From Octopus sinensis (lineage: Eukaryota), in assembly GCF_006345805.1 (NCBI RefSeq), contig NC_043008.1:50034001-50098000 (forward strand): 64,000 nucleotides of DNA. The letters are read 5' to 3'. Numbering within the stretch: position 1 is the first letter of the stretch; each line of letters starts with the position of its first letter. The translations under genes and the position numbers were made by a program. A model generated the notes under the pieces. It made no database searches, was not told the DNA's origin, and saw only the letters and a list, made by a program, of their open reading frames with translations. Below are positions 50,285-64,000 of this stretch, in pieces.

Positions 50285-52597
50285 GACCAAGAATTTAAAC
50301 AGAGAGAGTGGAGAATTACATTGACATCAGTATTTGATTATTTTCTTGACCTTGGAAGGACACTGGAAGAATGGAAAGGACAGTTGACCCTGACAGCACT
50401 TGAACTCAAAACACCATAAAACATACTGTTTGGCATTTGGCCAAAATATCTAAAATAATGATTTTTAACATTGACACATATTTTGTCCTTATCTTTGTTT
50501 TCTCTCTTTTGTTTTTTGGGTTTTTTTCAAGGTGAGGGAAGAGGTCAATGAAATCAACAACAAGCATATATTTTATTTAAATCACAATAACATCATTAAT
50601 CACATAGCTTTCTAATGGGACAATGACCTGTTCATAACATTTCTCATAGTGAGAATGACAAGGGAGTAGCTTTAACTTGGTGTGGAACAAATATAGCAAA
50701 GGGTTTCATTCATAAAGCACCATATTTTGGGGAGTTTCTTTTTGTTTCTTTTCCTCCGCTCTTCTCAGCAATGTTTACATTGTCACTAATATATAGCAGT
50801 GAAAAACACACAAACACATTCCATGGGCTTTTGTACAGTTGCTTATTTCTTTATTGCCCACAACATAGAGGGGACAAACAAGGACAGATAAAGGGATTAA
50901 ATTGATTACATCAACCCCAGTGTGTAACTGGTAATTAATTTATAGACCCTGAAAGGATGAAATGCAAAGTCGACCTCAGCGGAATTCGAACTCAGAACGT
51001 AAAGACAGACGAAACACCAATAAGCATTTTGCCTGGCATGCTAACGTTTCTGCCAGCTCGCCGCCTTCTTTTGTACAGTTTCTGCCAACCATATAACACT
51101 GACAGCCTGCCAGTCAGTCCAAGGTCATGGTAGAAGACACTTGCCAAAGGTAGCCCACAACAGACCCAAACCCAGAACCATGTGTCTGCAAAATGAAATC
51201 CTTCACCACACAGCCCAGCCTGCATTCAAACTTTACCGATACTTTGTTTTATCAAACTCCAGAAAGATGAATGGTAACATCAAACCCAATGAGATTAGGA
51301 TTTGCAACATAAAACAATTGGTGTCAGGAAGGGTATCAAGACATAGCAACTGTGCCAAAATTGACACTGGGGCCTGACACAGCTCTCCAGCTCATCAGAT
51401 CCTGTCAAACTGTCCAACCCATGCCAGCATGAAAAATAGATGTTAAATGATGATGATGTAACTTAATACTACAAATTATTTTGTCTAGCACTCTACAAGG
51501 TCTGCCATCTAAAATAATAATAGTTTCAAATTTTGGCACAAGGCCAGCAATTTTGAGATGAGGGAGTGAGCTGAGTACATTGACACAAGTCATCATCATC
51601 ATTGTTTAATGTCTGTTTTCCATGCTGGCATGGGTTGGACGGTTTGACTGAGGAATAGCAAGCCAGAAGGCCACACCAGGCTCCAATCTGATCTCGCAAT
51701 GGTTCTACAGCTGGATGCCCTTCCTAACGCCAACCATTCTGAGAGTGTAGTTGATGCTTTTTACATGCCACTGGCATGGGAGCCAGTCAGGCAGCACTGG
51801 CATCAGCCACATTCGGATGGTGCTTTTTACGTGCCACTGGCACAGGAGCCAGTCGGGGCAACGGGGCTGGCATTGACCACATTTGGATGGTGCTAGATAT
51901 TTATTTTATTGGCCCCAGAAGGATGAAAACTGAAGTTGATCTCTGTAGAATCTGAAAAAATGCTGCTAAACATTTTGTCCAGTAATCTAATGATTCTACC
52001 AGCTCACTGACGAAACAATAACAATAATCTTTTTTTTTTTTATTACAAGCACAAAGGCCTGAAGTTTTGAGGCAGGGGAGATTTGGTTTCATCAACCCCA
52101 GTGTGTAACTGGTACTTATTTTAATGACTCCAAAAGGATGAATGGCAAAGCCGACCTCAGCAGAATTTGAACTCAGAACATAGAACAAGAAGAAATACTG
52201 CTAAGTATTTTGTTTGACATGCTAAAGTTTCTGCCAGCTTGTAACCTATGCTGCCTTCATAATAAAAATAATCTATAAACATAAATCTAAATTTAGATAT
52301 TTTGAGTGGGCAAGGCAATAATTGATGGCATAACATTTCCAGCAATGAAATACAACAACCCAGGCAAATATTGATCAAGCAGTACACAAGTGAAGAATTT
52401 GATTGCGCCAATAAGGGAGTCCACTATGTGGTTACTTGACCTGCTGGAAATAACAGCCAAGTCTCCTTCAAATCATATTTCAAAAGGGAGGACACATTGG
52501 GTAATGTACTCCTCGGTACACTGAGTCTGAAAAAAAAACACACCTTTACTCAAACTGTGCTGACCAGAAGCTAAATTGCAACGATTGGAGAAACAAG

Positions 52598-52666
<69 letters not shown>

Positions 52667-53525
52667 TATATATATATTCTTCTTTTCTTTTTTCTTTTAT
52701 TTGTTTCAGTCATTTGACTGTGGCCATGCTGGAGCACGACCTTTAGTCGAACAAATTAACCCCAGAACTTATTCTTTGTAAGCCTAGTACTTATTCTATC
52801 GGTCTCTTTGCCAAACCGCTAAGTTACGGGGACGTAAACACACCAGCATCGGTTGTCAAGTGATGGTGTGGGGGACAAACACAGACACACATATACACAT
52901 ACACACACACACATATATATATATACGACGGATTTCTTTCAATTTCCGTCTACCAAATCCACTCACAAGGCTTTGGTCGGCCCAAGGCTATAGTAGAAGA
53001 TACTTGCCCAAAGTGCCACACAGTGGGACTGAACCCAGAAGCACGTGGTTGGTAAGCAAGCTACTTACCACACAGCCACACCTCCACCTATATATATATA
53101 TATATATAAAGTTAATCCAAACAAGAAAGCACAAAAAACACAACAACGTGAGGACGTGGAACAAATATAGTATTATTGGACGCTCAGGAAAGAAGGAGGG
53201 TTTAACGTTTCAAGCGGAGCTCTTCGTCGGAAACATAGGAGAAGGAAAGATCCAGAGAAGGGAAGACAGAGGAAAAAAAATCGCCAACGGTACACACGCG
53301 GTACACAGATACAGCTACACACTAACAAATATCACAAACAAAAAGTGCTGAGCTAACAACAGAGAGGTTTGTTGACATTCCCTGTTAATGAATACTCTGC
53401 AAGCTCTGCATTTCTGAAGACGAGTAGAATGAAAAATCCTTTACTTGAGAAATAAGTAAGGGTTAACGAGAGTAAGGACATCTAGTCGTAAAACAATGCT
53501 TTTGTAATATGTATTCATCTAACCC

Positions 53526-53826
53526 ACAGGTTCTCAAAGTGAGTACTACTGCCCCCCAGTGGGCATTGATCCAGGTGGGTGCTGGTGGAGGCAGTAGAGT
53601 AAAAGGAGGCATTGGGAGGAAAGTAGTGGATTGGGAGATGCTACAAATTTATAATATTATTATAGTATTGTATACAAATTATATAATATTACATTAAATA
53701 TCAAATGATTCATAGTATATATAAATTAGTAAAATACTTATTTATACATAAAATAATGGGTGGGGGCGCTGAGGGTATTATGTGCCCATGATGGGGGCGG
53801 TGACCCAAAAAGTTTGAGAACCCATG
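53526..53826. mobile_element. Degenerate hAT-type MITE
   Basis: Ends CAGGTTCTCAAAG and AAGTTTGAGAACCCATG. Confidence 0.5.
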
Positions 53827-54785
53827 CTGGCATGGAAAAACATGCTGATCTAACCCATGCTGGCATGGAAAAACAGATGTAAAAACGAACAAACACAAAA
53901 ATAGAAAAACACACAGAAATGTACAAAATTTATATACATTCACAAAACACTTAACACGTATATAAAAAACATACATTCACAATTACACAAATGTATATAT
54001 ATAGAAACAAAAGTGCATATACTGAAAAAACAAATACACAAATAGAAATACAGGTACACACACACACCTTACTTCCAGCCATTTTATAAAACTATTGATA
54101 ATTTTTTGAAAGACATCTGGAATTGAAAGACCACATCCACTTACTACAACTACTACTACTACTACATGTATATTTAACTGTCAGCACTTCTGCTTATTCA
54201 TGTGTGTGTGTGTGTGTATTTGCATGTGTGTGTGTATATGTGTGTGCATACATGAGTGCACGTACCCGTGTGTGTATGCATATGTGTGTACACATACCTG
54301 TGTGTGTATGCATACATGTATGTGTGTGTGAGAGAGAAAGAGAGGATGTGCATCATCCTTTCATATCCTATTTCCGTGTTGGCAGTATGACAGGATCCAG
54401 CAAGCCAGAGGAGCCTGTCTTGCCCTAGTATCTCATTTTTGACAAACTTTCTATGATTCAATGCCCAACCTAACTCCAACTCCTTTACAGAAAACTTTTT
54501 TTTCTTTGAGGCACCAGCACTAGTGAGGTCACCTGTAACCCACAAGACTAAAGGGTTCCCTCAGTGGAGTTGGTGTGTAGTAGAGAGGGAGATGGTTAAA
54601 GAGGTTTTAAGGGCTTCTGTAAAGGTGGATCTGGTAGAAACAGTTATATTTCTAAAAACAAAATGTTAGCAAATTTCAGATTCTGATTCTTGACTTAACC
54701 CCTACTTGGTAGATGTTTCCTTAATAGGTTTTGTAATGGAAAAACTTTTCAATCCTTTGCAATATAACATTTATTTCATTTAATG

Positions 54786-55314
54786 CAGGAATCACCAAAC
54801 TACAGCCCATGGGCCGGATCCGGCCCATGACATCAGTTAATCTGGCCCACTGCCGCTCTGTACATTTTGTGTAAGTACTTGCATTTGCCTCTGCTATGGC
54901 ATCAGTGTTTGGAACAACTTATGTCTGTGAGCAAACATTTTCAAAAACGAAGAATGTGAAGCCAGAACATCAAACGAGGTTGACTGAGGAACATTTGAAA
55001 GCAATTCTCTTGGTTGGATGCAGCAATTCCAAAGCAAATATTGATGATATCTTAAAAGCTAAATACCACTTTCATAAATCTCACCAACCTTTTTTGCTGC
55101 TTAGTTTGTGAGATTTGGATATGTGTGCACCGGGTGTGATAAAACTATTTTATTGCTAATGTCACCTTCTTTGATAACTTTTTGGTAAATAAATATGTTG
55201 GTTGTCTTTATTTTTTGTGTATTCACTGTATTGAATTGAGCAAAATGGTTATGCGCCCTGCGCTTGTCATTCTCTGTTACCTGACCCGCTGTGAAAGAAG
55301 TTTGGTGACCCCTG
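54786..55314 (+). mobile_element. hAT (Charlie/Buster-like) deletion derivative with transposase C-terminal remnant
   Basis: TIRs CAGGAATCACCAAACT and AGTTTGGTGACCCCTG, with target-site duplication ATTTAATG/ATTCAATG. Translates SVFGTTYVCEQTFSKTKNVKPEHQTRLTEEHLKAIL. Confidence 0.88.
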
Positions 55315-56149
55315 ATTCAATGCAATCATTCAAGTTACATTCAACTTTTTATTAAAAAAATACATTAATCTCAAAAAGGAAAGATTGCATATATCTAATC
55401 AAGGTTATTTGTTTTAAAATGGTCATTTGATAAGTTACTCTATGTCATGGATCAGGCAAAGTGGTCAATATTGCCTTCTGGGGGTGTGGGTGGTTATCCA
55501 AGGAATTACTTAACACCTCAATTTTGAACATTAAGTGGGCTGATTTATTACTAGACTGAATCTGGAAGAGTGAAGGCTAAAACTCACTAATTTCCAGCCA
55601 ATATCAATGAAGCAACTACTATCCACTAAACACACATTTCACATTAAATATTCTAATATCAATAGAATATAACTGAATCTTTATTGTTCTTTATAAAATT
55701 TGTTAAGTATTTTCATTAGATTTCTTTAAATATCTCTTATTAAAAAGCAATAATGACACAAAAGAATAGAATTACAGTTTTTAAATCAATAAATATTTCA
55801 TTAAATATACTTTTTAATTTTAATTTCGAAATTTAGAAAATTTGTTCTCTCCATAAAGCACCTGATGTTAGGAAGGGCATCCAGCTGTAAAAACCATGCC
55901 AAAACAGACAGTGGAGCCTGGTGCAGTCTCCTGCCAAAGCGTCCAACCCATGCCAGTATGGAAAACAGACTGATGATGATGATGATGATGATGATGACGA
56001 AATTTACATGATGTAAGTCAATAAATCATTAATGATTCCATGAAAGGATCAGTGATGTAAGAAGCTTGCCAATCCCTGCTTTAGGTGCTCAATCTTTTAG
56101 TTTTAACTTTGGATATACTTTGATTTTTGAACAGGAAAACAAAAGCCCA

Positions 56150-56390
56150 TGGACATATAGCATAGTGGTTAAGAGCACAGGCTACTAAGCCCAAGATTCT
56201 GAGTTCGATTCTAGGCAGTAACCTGAATAATAATAATAATAATAATAACAACGTTGAAAAATACCATAGGAATGAGAACCCAGGTTCGAAATTCCCCCAA
56301 GACACCTGAAGAAGGCTGGAGGGTATATCGGCTGAAATGTTGCGTTAACAACAAACATGATGAGGACAAATATGTCAAATGTAAATAATG
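56150..56390 (+). mobile_element. tRNA-headed SINE-like element with (AAT)n spacer and a hammerhead-like 3' module
   Basis: Box A TAGCATAGTGG (56158-56168) and box B GAGTTCGATTC (56201-56211). The motif reads CAC CTGAAGA A GGCTG...CGGCT GAAATGTT GCG at 56303-56344. Confidence 0.65.
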
Positions 56391-57844
56391 CCATCCCCAC
56401 TACCACTTTGACAAGAGAGCCTTTCCCTTGGTCCCATTTCTCCTTCTCATCCTTTCCTGTCTTTCAAGTTAGGTGGTAACCCCATTAGTGCCAGTGGTAC
56501 AAAAAAAGCCCCCAATACACTCTAGTGTGGTTTTTATGTTTCTATGGCTGGATGCTCATCCTAATGCCAACCACTTTACAAAGCTAACATGGAGCACAAT
56601 GCAGCTCTCTATCTCTCTCTCTCTCTCTCTCCCTCACCATCTCTCTATGTTTCTAGCTCCATCTCTCCTTCCTCTTTCTTTTTTTACTGGGGTAGCCAAG
56701 TATCTCCTCTATAGTAAGTCACCTACCTCTATCTCTCCATTATATTCTAACCTCTCACCTGGCACACAGCCACTTCCCTTGGTTCCACCCCCTCTCCCAG
56801 CTGAGAGGTCTTCATCTTGTAAACTACTTGGGAACCCCACTGATGTCGGTGCCACGTAAAATCACTCAGTACACTCTGTAATGGGGCAGACATTAGGAAG
56901 GGCATCCAGCCATAAAAACCATGCCAAAGCAGAAAACAGAAGCTGATGCAGCTCTCCAGCTTGCCAGCTCTTATCAAACCATCCAATTCCAGCCAGCATA
57001 GAAGACAGACATTAAATTATGATGATGATGAGACACATGTATGTATATATGTATGTATATATATACATATATATATATATATAATATATATATATATATT
57101 ATATATATATATATATACATATATATAAAACTGGATGTATATCCATAAAGTTTTTAGTGTGTGTGTGTGTGTTAGAGCGAGAGAGAATATGGTATTACAG
57201 GAAACAACAGATACATCCGTCCAGAGAATTATGGCACAGGAAGCAGAATTCAAGAAACCCTTCTTGAAGCTGTCACGTAATAATTATGCTGACCTAATAT
57301 CCTTGTTGACCTATTGATAACATCCACAATGATACCAAGAAAAAGGATGCTACAACAAAGAAGGATGTTATTCAATAAGACAAACTCTGGCTCTCAAGGT
57401 TCTTCCCTGTTTCCTTATAAATCTCATTAATCTACCAAGTGCCAAGACATTACTGTAAATTAGAAGGTAAATGTCAAAGTTTGAGAGAACAGTCAATTTT
57501 TTTTAAAGCAGTCCAGTCATGGCCAGCTTGCTTTTTTTTAAGGTATGTCTAGGCTTGCATTATAAATCATCTTTCCTTTATTTAAATAGGTGAGGTGTGA
57601 TTTAAGGACAATTTGGTTGTTATCTTTAGTAATATCTTTAACAGAAGTGCAATTTTAGATTTTATATACATACATACATATATATATATATAATTGCACT
57701 TCATTTTTGAAGCACAAACACTCAACTATGAGTGCATAGCATCTTATAGCAAAAGCAGTTGCTAGTTAATTGTTTCCTTGTCATTTATATAATCCCTTTG
57801 TTTATGTATGTGTGTGTGTATATAGACTCATGCACACACATATA

Positions 57845-58045
57845 TTCGAGAGGGGGGTTGAAAAGTTCCTGGCTCTGAGTAAAAGAAAATACAGGAGGAT
57901 CAGTCAATTATGATTTAATCCAATATATCCCCCTCTCAGATTCACAGCAGTCCTTCAGTTCTAAAAGAACTCAGAAGGCTGGGCCTCCAACCAGGTCTTT
58001 CACGATACCCTTAAAGCTAGGAGCTTTTTAGCATCTCCTTATGTA
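57845..58045. mobile_element. Mariner-like MITE
   Basis: Ends CGAGAGGGGGGTTGAAAAGTTCCTGGCT and AGCTAGGAGCTTTTTAGCATCTCCTT are degenerate inverted repeats next to TA. Confidence 0.6.
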
Positions 58046-58149
58046 TATAAACTTAGATAAACTTAGATATGTTTCGACCAAAGATTGGTCCAGGCCATGT
58101 CTAACTTAATAGCACCACCTGATAGGATTATTTGAATCCTGTTTAAGTC

Positions 58150-58385
58150 AAGTTTTGTTTATGGTCCATTCAAGTAGTGAGTTTTTGTTGGGTGAGTTAT
58201 ATCCAATTATGGGTGGCTTATCTGGTATTCCTTAAAGGAATCTATCCAGACTCTGTTTAAAGTTGATGGGATACTTTTCCTCTTTGATCTCTTTCAGGAC
58301 AATGTTAAATAGGGCAGGGCCTGTTGAGGAAAAGAAATTATGTTGCAGTGTACATGTATGCTGTGATCTTGAATTGGGCAGGGGA
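58150..58385 (-). mobile_element. CR1/L2-group LINE ORF2 3' fragment
   Basis: Translates TLQHNFFSSTGPALFNIVLKEIKEEKYPINFKQSLDRFL*GIPDKPPIIGYNSPNKNSLLEW. Confidence 0.7.
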
Positions 58386-59875
58386 CGTATATAGCGAAGG
58401 AATCAGAACACTTATAGCTAACTGGAGAATGTGGTGATCAAACACAAAAGGTAAGGTTAATGGTGTAGATAAGCTACATGACCAGTTCGTATTCCCTCAG
58501 AGTAATTCAATCTCTTGATGCCCCACCACCCCTCAGCAATACTCAACTGTCCATTCAATCCCCAGATTTCCCCTCACCAATGTTATAGATGACAGTTCAC
58601 CAATGCTATATATGTCCCTTAAGCAGTACTCTGCTACAGTAATTACCAAACTTACTTTGTTGTGGAACTCAAATACCACATTTTCAAAAATGGAGCCATA
58701 CCAAAACTCCACCCTCTTAATCTCAATAAGTCACTGAATGAAATAAAAACTGTTCTAAAGAAAAAAATTCATTCATATTAAGAAATATATAACTTATTAT
58801 TTTGAAAATGTTATCAATTCTTATAAACATTTTTATTAAATGCTACTTTGTAGAACCCAAGAACATTTTCACAGAACCCTGAAGTTTTCCTTGAAATGCA
58901 CTTTGGGAAACACTTCTCTAAGACACTGAACTCACAGAAGTCCCTTCATTAAAACATCTCACACTCAGGCCATAGTTAGTTATATCTCCTCACCAATACT
59001 GCATTGAATCTCTAGATGTCCTCTTAGCAATGCCATACTGTACACTGAATTCATAGGTGTCCCCTTAGCAATGCCTTACTGAACACTAAATTTATACATA
59101 TCCTTTCATTAAAGTTATATTGCACTAAATTCCGACATGCCCCAACCTTCAGAAATGTTCTACTACACGTTCAATTCTATGTAGAAGTCCTCTCACTCAG
59201 CAATGCTATACTGCATTTGATCTAGGAATGCCCTCTTCAGAAAATCCCTACTATACTCTGAATCCTTAGACAAATGTTCTCTCAGCAATACCGTATTGCA
59301 CCAATCCTACTGATGTATCCTTAACAATGCTATACTGCACCAAATCCAAAGCAAACACTCAGCTCTTTTTTAAGATTTTGGCCCTTCACCCCAGTTCACC
59401 CACCTTGCTATAATGAAAACTACTGCCCAAACTAACTAGAAGCTACAGATGGCCTGATGCATTTTAATTGTAAAGACAATGCAAGCATTGCCAAATATTT
59501 GGTTAGCATCCATTGCAAAACATAAATATTGCTATACAAACCTTACAGTATTTCACAGTCTGCTGAAAACCCCCTAGAATTGCACAAACTCCTACAGCTG
59601 ACTGAAAACTCCTAAGTTTAACAAAACTCTACAATATATATCACATTCTGCTGAGGGCTTTCTAGATTTTCACAAAATCCTTAAATAATCATTGATTTTT
59701 GAGGGCCTCCTAGATTTGGACATAATCTTGCAATAGGTCTCAGCCTACTAAAGGTCTTCAAAGTCTTGTAGAATATAATAACCTGATGATGGCATCCTAA
59801 GCTTACACAGAAACCTGCAGTAGGTCACAACCTATTAAGGGTCACCTAGAATTCTACAAAATCATGCAAGAAGTG

Positions 59876-59909
<34 letters not shown>

Positions 59910-60307
59910 CTAGCAGTATCGCCCGGCGTTGCTCGGGTTTATAAGGGAAATAACTATATAAGCATTTTTAGAGAGTTATAGCCAAAAAATAGCAAAAAAA
60001 TGCATTAAAAATGAAAAAAAAATGATGGTAAATTTTTTTTTAAATCGTTGACTCATCGTAGACATTTTTAGAGAGTTACTTCCCTTATATAATAGCGAAA
60101 AAATGCATTAAAATGGAAAAAAATGACGGTAAATTTTTTTTTAAATCGTTGACTCATCGTAGACGCGCGCTAATACCCAGAAGGGCTCGATATGAATCAC
60201 AACTATAAGATACCCGGTTTTGATTAAACTGCACCGCAAAATGTGGGAGTAGTTAGGAATCTAAATCGTAGGAGACAGACACACAACTTTACTTTTATAT
60301 ATAAAGA
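59910..60307 (-). mobile_element. Helitron-like element, near-identical inverted copy of 12712-13111
   Basis: A|TC...hairpin...CTAG|T on the minus strand, with only scattered substitutions relative to the 12712 copy. Confidence 0.88.
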
Positions 60308-61508
60308 TATATATATACATACGGAGAGAGAGAGAGAGAGAAATGGGGGATTAGTTAAACTCAGAGCATCTATATGATCATATCCCAAAAGAAATAGTTA
60401 CTTGATCTCTCTCAAATCACATCCTGCCATCTTAAAAAATGGAAGGGCACATCAGATAATGTAGTTCTAGATAGAATAATATCTGACAGAAATAAGATGG
60501 GACTGTCATACCTTGAAAAGCTTTGATCGTAGGTTGGTTTGGGTTAAACAACAGCAACATATACACACAAACCTGTTCATACAGGTATATAATCCATATA
60601 TAAACTTGTAAAAACACAGACATACACCTGCAAACATACAATACAAACAACCACAATTACACACGTACAAATACAAATATGTACATAAACACACACACAT
60701 ATACATAAACGCACACATGCCAAACACCCACATTTCATTACATTCCACAAGAGCGTTTGACACAATTGTCGAACGCCAAGCTGCACAGTAGTGCAGAGGG
60801 TAAAGAATCTTGCTTTTTCTCAAAATAAGTATGGTGTCGTCAACATCTCCGATTTCAACTAAATTTAATTTACATAGCTCTAGATCTGACACCATACACC
60901 AAAGCGACAGTACGGTTGTATTATCGGTCTCCACTCCACCACCACTCCTCATCATCATAAAACAGATGTCATCAACAACAATAAGATGGCAAATTTTCTT
61001 AAATGTTATTCTGTGTTTGCCCTTCATTTCAGATCTTTATATAAATGTTAAATATTATTTTGCAACGTTTCAAAGAGGATCTCCCTGACGCATGATAGAT
61101 GACTTCAGCAATCATGTAATCACCTAAGAATGTGGGGATTAATGATTAGCACAGTTTACAACAATTATTTTCCATCTGCTGATGTGTACAGCCAACTGAT
61201 GAACCACCTAAAGAAAACCATGGACTAGAGAAGGTATCCTTGTTTACTCGACACATCAATAAATCTACTTCTTCTATTCAATCTCCTAACCAACTACCAG
61301 CATGTAGCTGCATATCATAGTATCTCTTCCATTACTCCCTCCTCTACCATTCTCTCCCATCACTCTGCTTCTCCCACTTCTTCCTATGTTTTTCTTTATC
61401 TACCTATGTCAAGGATGTCTTTCCTACAGTTTTTGCTATCTCTTCACTTGACAGGAGTCAGATGTTTATATTGCATCTATACTAACACAACTGCTGCAGC
61501 TGCACACA

Positions 61509-61548
<40 letters not shown>

Positions 61549-61671
61549 GGCATACAAGCTAGCAAGGAAGCCTCTATGCAGTTGCTTGACTTGCTAGAAA
61601 TAATACAACCATCAGTCAGAAGCAAGTAAGATTAGAGAGCATGAGCCACAGTTTCGCTAATTACTTTAGAC

Positions 61672-62024
61672 CAGTGGTTCTCAACAGGGGTCCATACAGC
61701 CCCTGAGGGTACGTAGAAGATTTTTGGGGATCCATGTAGCAAAGTAGTAAATTAGGGATCAACAATAATATTTTAAGGGCCTCTGAAAAAAATTTGCTTT
61801 AGACATATGTATTGATGTGTATTGCAAGGGACAGCTTGGTTTCTTTCTCTAGCATTTTACATAATTCAACCTTCACAAGTGAATGTGTGAGAAACAAAAT
61901 AGGAATTTTGAAAGAAGTTTCTATGAAACTAGTTTTTAAACACTGAATGCCTTTGGGGCTCCACCAGAATAAAATAGTAATCAAAGGGGTCAAAAAAAAG
62001 GCAAAATATGGTTGAGGCCCCCTG
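61672..62024. mobile_element. hAT/Charlie-type MITE, same family as 28996-29340
   Basis: TIR CAGTGGTTCTCAAC with a perfect 8-bp target-site duplication CTTTAGAC. Confidence 0.9.
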
Positions 62025-63501
62025 CTTTAGACAATTGTAGGCAGATGTAGACATCTATCTTGACCAATTTACACTTAACACAGCAGGTTATCCTGGATGT
62101 GACAGTCAGAAGGAAGGAGAGCAGCACCAGCACTAGATGGCAATCATTTCAGCTGAGTCAAGTGGATCAACATGGAGTGAAGCGCCTTGTTCAAGGAGAC
62201 AATGTGCCGCATGGCTCAGGAATCAAACTCAGGACGGTGTGATCATAAACCCAATACTCTAATCCCTAGTTTATGCACTGTCACACTTGCTAGAAATAGC
62301 AGCTAAATTTCTCTCAAATCACATTCAACCATCTTTAGCCTTTTAGCAGTTAAATCAGCTACATGCAGCCCAAATATTTGACCTGTTTTATGTTAATATT
62401 GGCCAGATCCGAAGGCGGTAAGCTGTACATTCTGAGTTCAAATTCCGCCAAGATCGACTTTGCCTTTCATCCTTTCAGGGTCAATAAATTAATTACCAGT
62501 TGCGAACTGGGGTCGATCTAATTGACTGGTCCCCTCCCCCAGAATTTTGGGTCTTGTGCCTAGAGTAGAAAAGAATATTGGCCAGATCCAGCCTCTCACA
62601 CCTACCATACAATGTTATTCTAAGAATAAAAAAAATCACATCATCTAAATCTCAAAGCTACAAGAGAATACAAGATTAATTCAAAACAATGCGAATAAAT
62701 AAGGATTACATCTGACAGAGTAATTTGAAGGCTTAAGGGTGAAACACCAAAGGATATATTGACATCTCTGATACAGAAGAAACATGATGATCATGCTGGA
62801 AACATCTTTGATCACAGGCTTACTGGATCAGGGTTAACCCAGGGTTTAACATAACCCACAATAACAATGTCATCTCTGTAGATGAAAACATCTGCTAATT
62901 CTAGCCATTCACACAGAATTTATTACAAAGTAGACATCTTGTTTTTCGTGGGGGTGAGGTCTCTTTTACCCATTTGTTTCCAAGTTTTTGTTGAAATACA
63001 CTGATTTTGTTTCAATTAATGTCAAAAGTAATTAAGAATTTAGTAAAACAACTTTGTCATTATTAAGCAAGTCTTTGAAAGATAAATTAACACAAAATTT
63101 TAATGGAAGATTTTAATTTAAACCACTTTAAGACAGAAAATTTGTATCATAAAACCATATTTTGGGCACATTGGGCACATTGGTATCAAAAGGGTCAAAC
63201 CTTGTCAAAATTTTGAAATAATTTAGAAAATCGTTCTCTTTCCGGTACACCCACCCATCTACACACACAAATTTTCATTCAGCACCACAATGACTATTCC
63301 TTGTAATAGTGAAAAATATTTCATCAGATCTTGATTATTTTCCAAATATCTTGCTATGGTACTTTTATTTTTTATTCTCCCACCCACCTATCATCAAATC
63401 TGCTTTGTAAATACCTTGAAAATTAAACATACATACTTATTTTTTTCTTTTAGGCTATTTCACTTAAAACAGGGTTCAATTTAAAAAAGAGAGAGAGAAA
63501 G

Positions 63502-63575
<74 letters not shown>

Positions 63576-64000
63576 CACTGTATGGTATGTATGTGAGTGT
63601 GGAGGGTACAGAATCTGTGTGTGTGTGTGAATGACAATAGGATATGTATGTTGTGTTGAGAGTAATATAGGGTGTTACACTTGATTGATAATAATAATAA
63701 TAATCCTTGAAATTTTGGAGGAGCGGACTAGTCAATTACATCGACCCCCCAGCGCTTGACTGGTATTTAATTTATCAACCTGAAAGTATGAAAGGCAAAG
63801 TCAACCTCGAAGGAATTTAAACTCAGAATGTAAAACCAGATGAAATGCCATTGAGTATTTTGTCTGGTGTGCAAACAATGCCGCCAGCACACTGCCTCAG
63901 ATCTTTAGCATTGAAACCAGCCCAAATCTGGCCCAACTATTCTACCTTGTTTTATGTTCAGACTGGCCAGATTCAGCCTCTTACACCTGCCCTACAATGT

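Noticed and set aside
33700-53235. Idea that hammerhead-like copies in the gene's sense orientation were selectively inactivated
   Set aside because: There are only two sense copies, and the U6 variant also occurs in an antisense copy. The sample is too small.
54073-54116. 44-nt exon-like segment (DVFQKIINSFIKWLE, or ATG GCT GGA A) with a gtaagg donor
   Set aside because: Splice signals are plausible but there is no homology or upstream partner. It cannot be told from chance without transcripts.
60506-61027. 173-aa minus-strand ORF as a ClC-2 N-terminal exon
   Set aside because: No similarity to ClC N-termini; its distal half is CA/TA low-complexity sequence.

Overview
This is 64 kb of AT-rich, repeat-dense animal DNA. 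The SINE, MITE and microsatellite repertoire looks like an octopus (cephalopod) genome; that is an inference from pattern recognition. One protein-coding gene is supported: the 5' part of a ClC-2-like (CLCN2) chloride channel on the minus strand. It has six hand-assembled in-frame exons: 36503-36371, 23148-23017, 16674-16546, 13815-13682, 10431-10354 and 1103-1025. All have GT-AG boundaries, and they encode the GSGIPE and GKEGPFVH motifs. The next exon is not in bases 1-1024, so the gene continues left of the window. The ATG-bearing first exon cannot be fixed, although several candidates exist. The rest is introns or upstream DNA filled with tRNA-derived SINEs, piggyBac-, hAT- and Tc1/mariner-type MITEs and relics, Helitron-like elements, LINE fragments and microsatellites. 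Most ORFs in the supplied track are translations of these repeats. The main leads are: (1) three repeat families sharing a minimal hammerhead-ribozyme-like fold with compensatory stems, one of them behind a tRNA-type Pol III head; (2) a CpG-rich candidate internal first exon near 32.3 kb that would delete the ClC-2 N-terminal inactivation segment and has an overlapping Met-Val-stop uORF; (3) a divergent LCGQY version of the conserved MYGRY segment; (4) several strong intronic dsRNA structures. Repeat boundaries are hand-read and approximate. Comparisons with known proteins and element families are from memory, not database searches.
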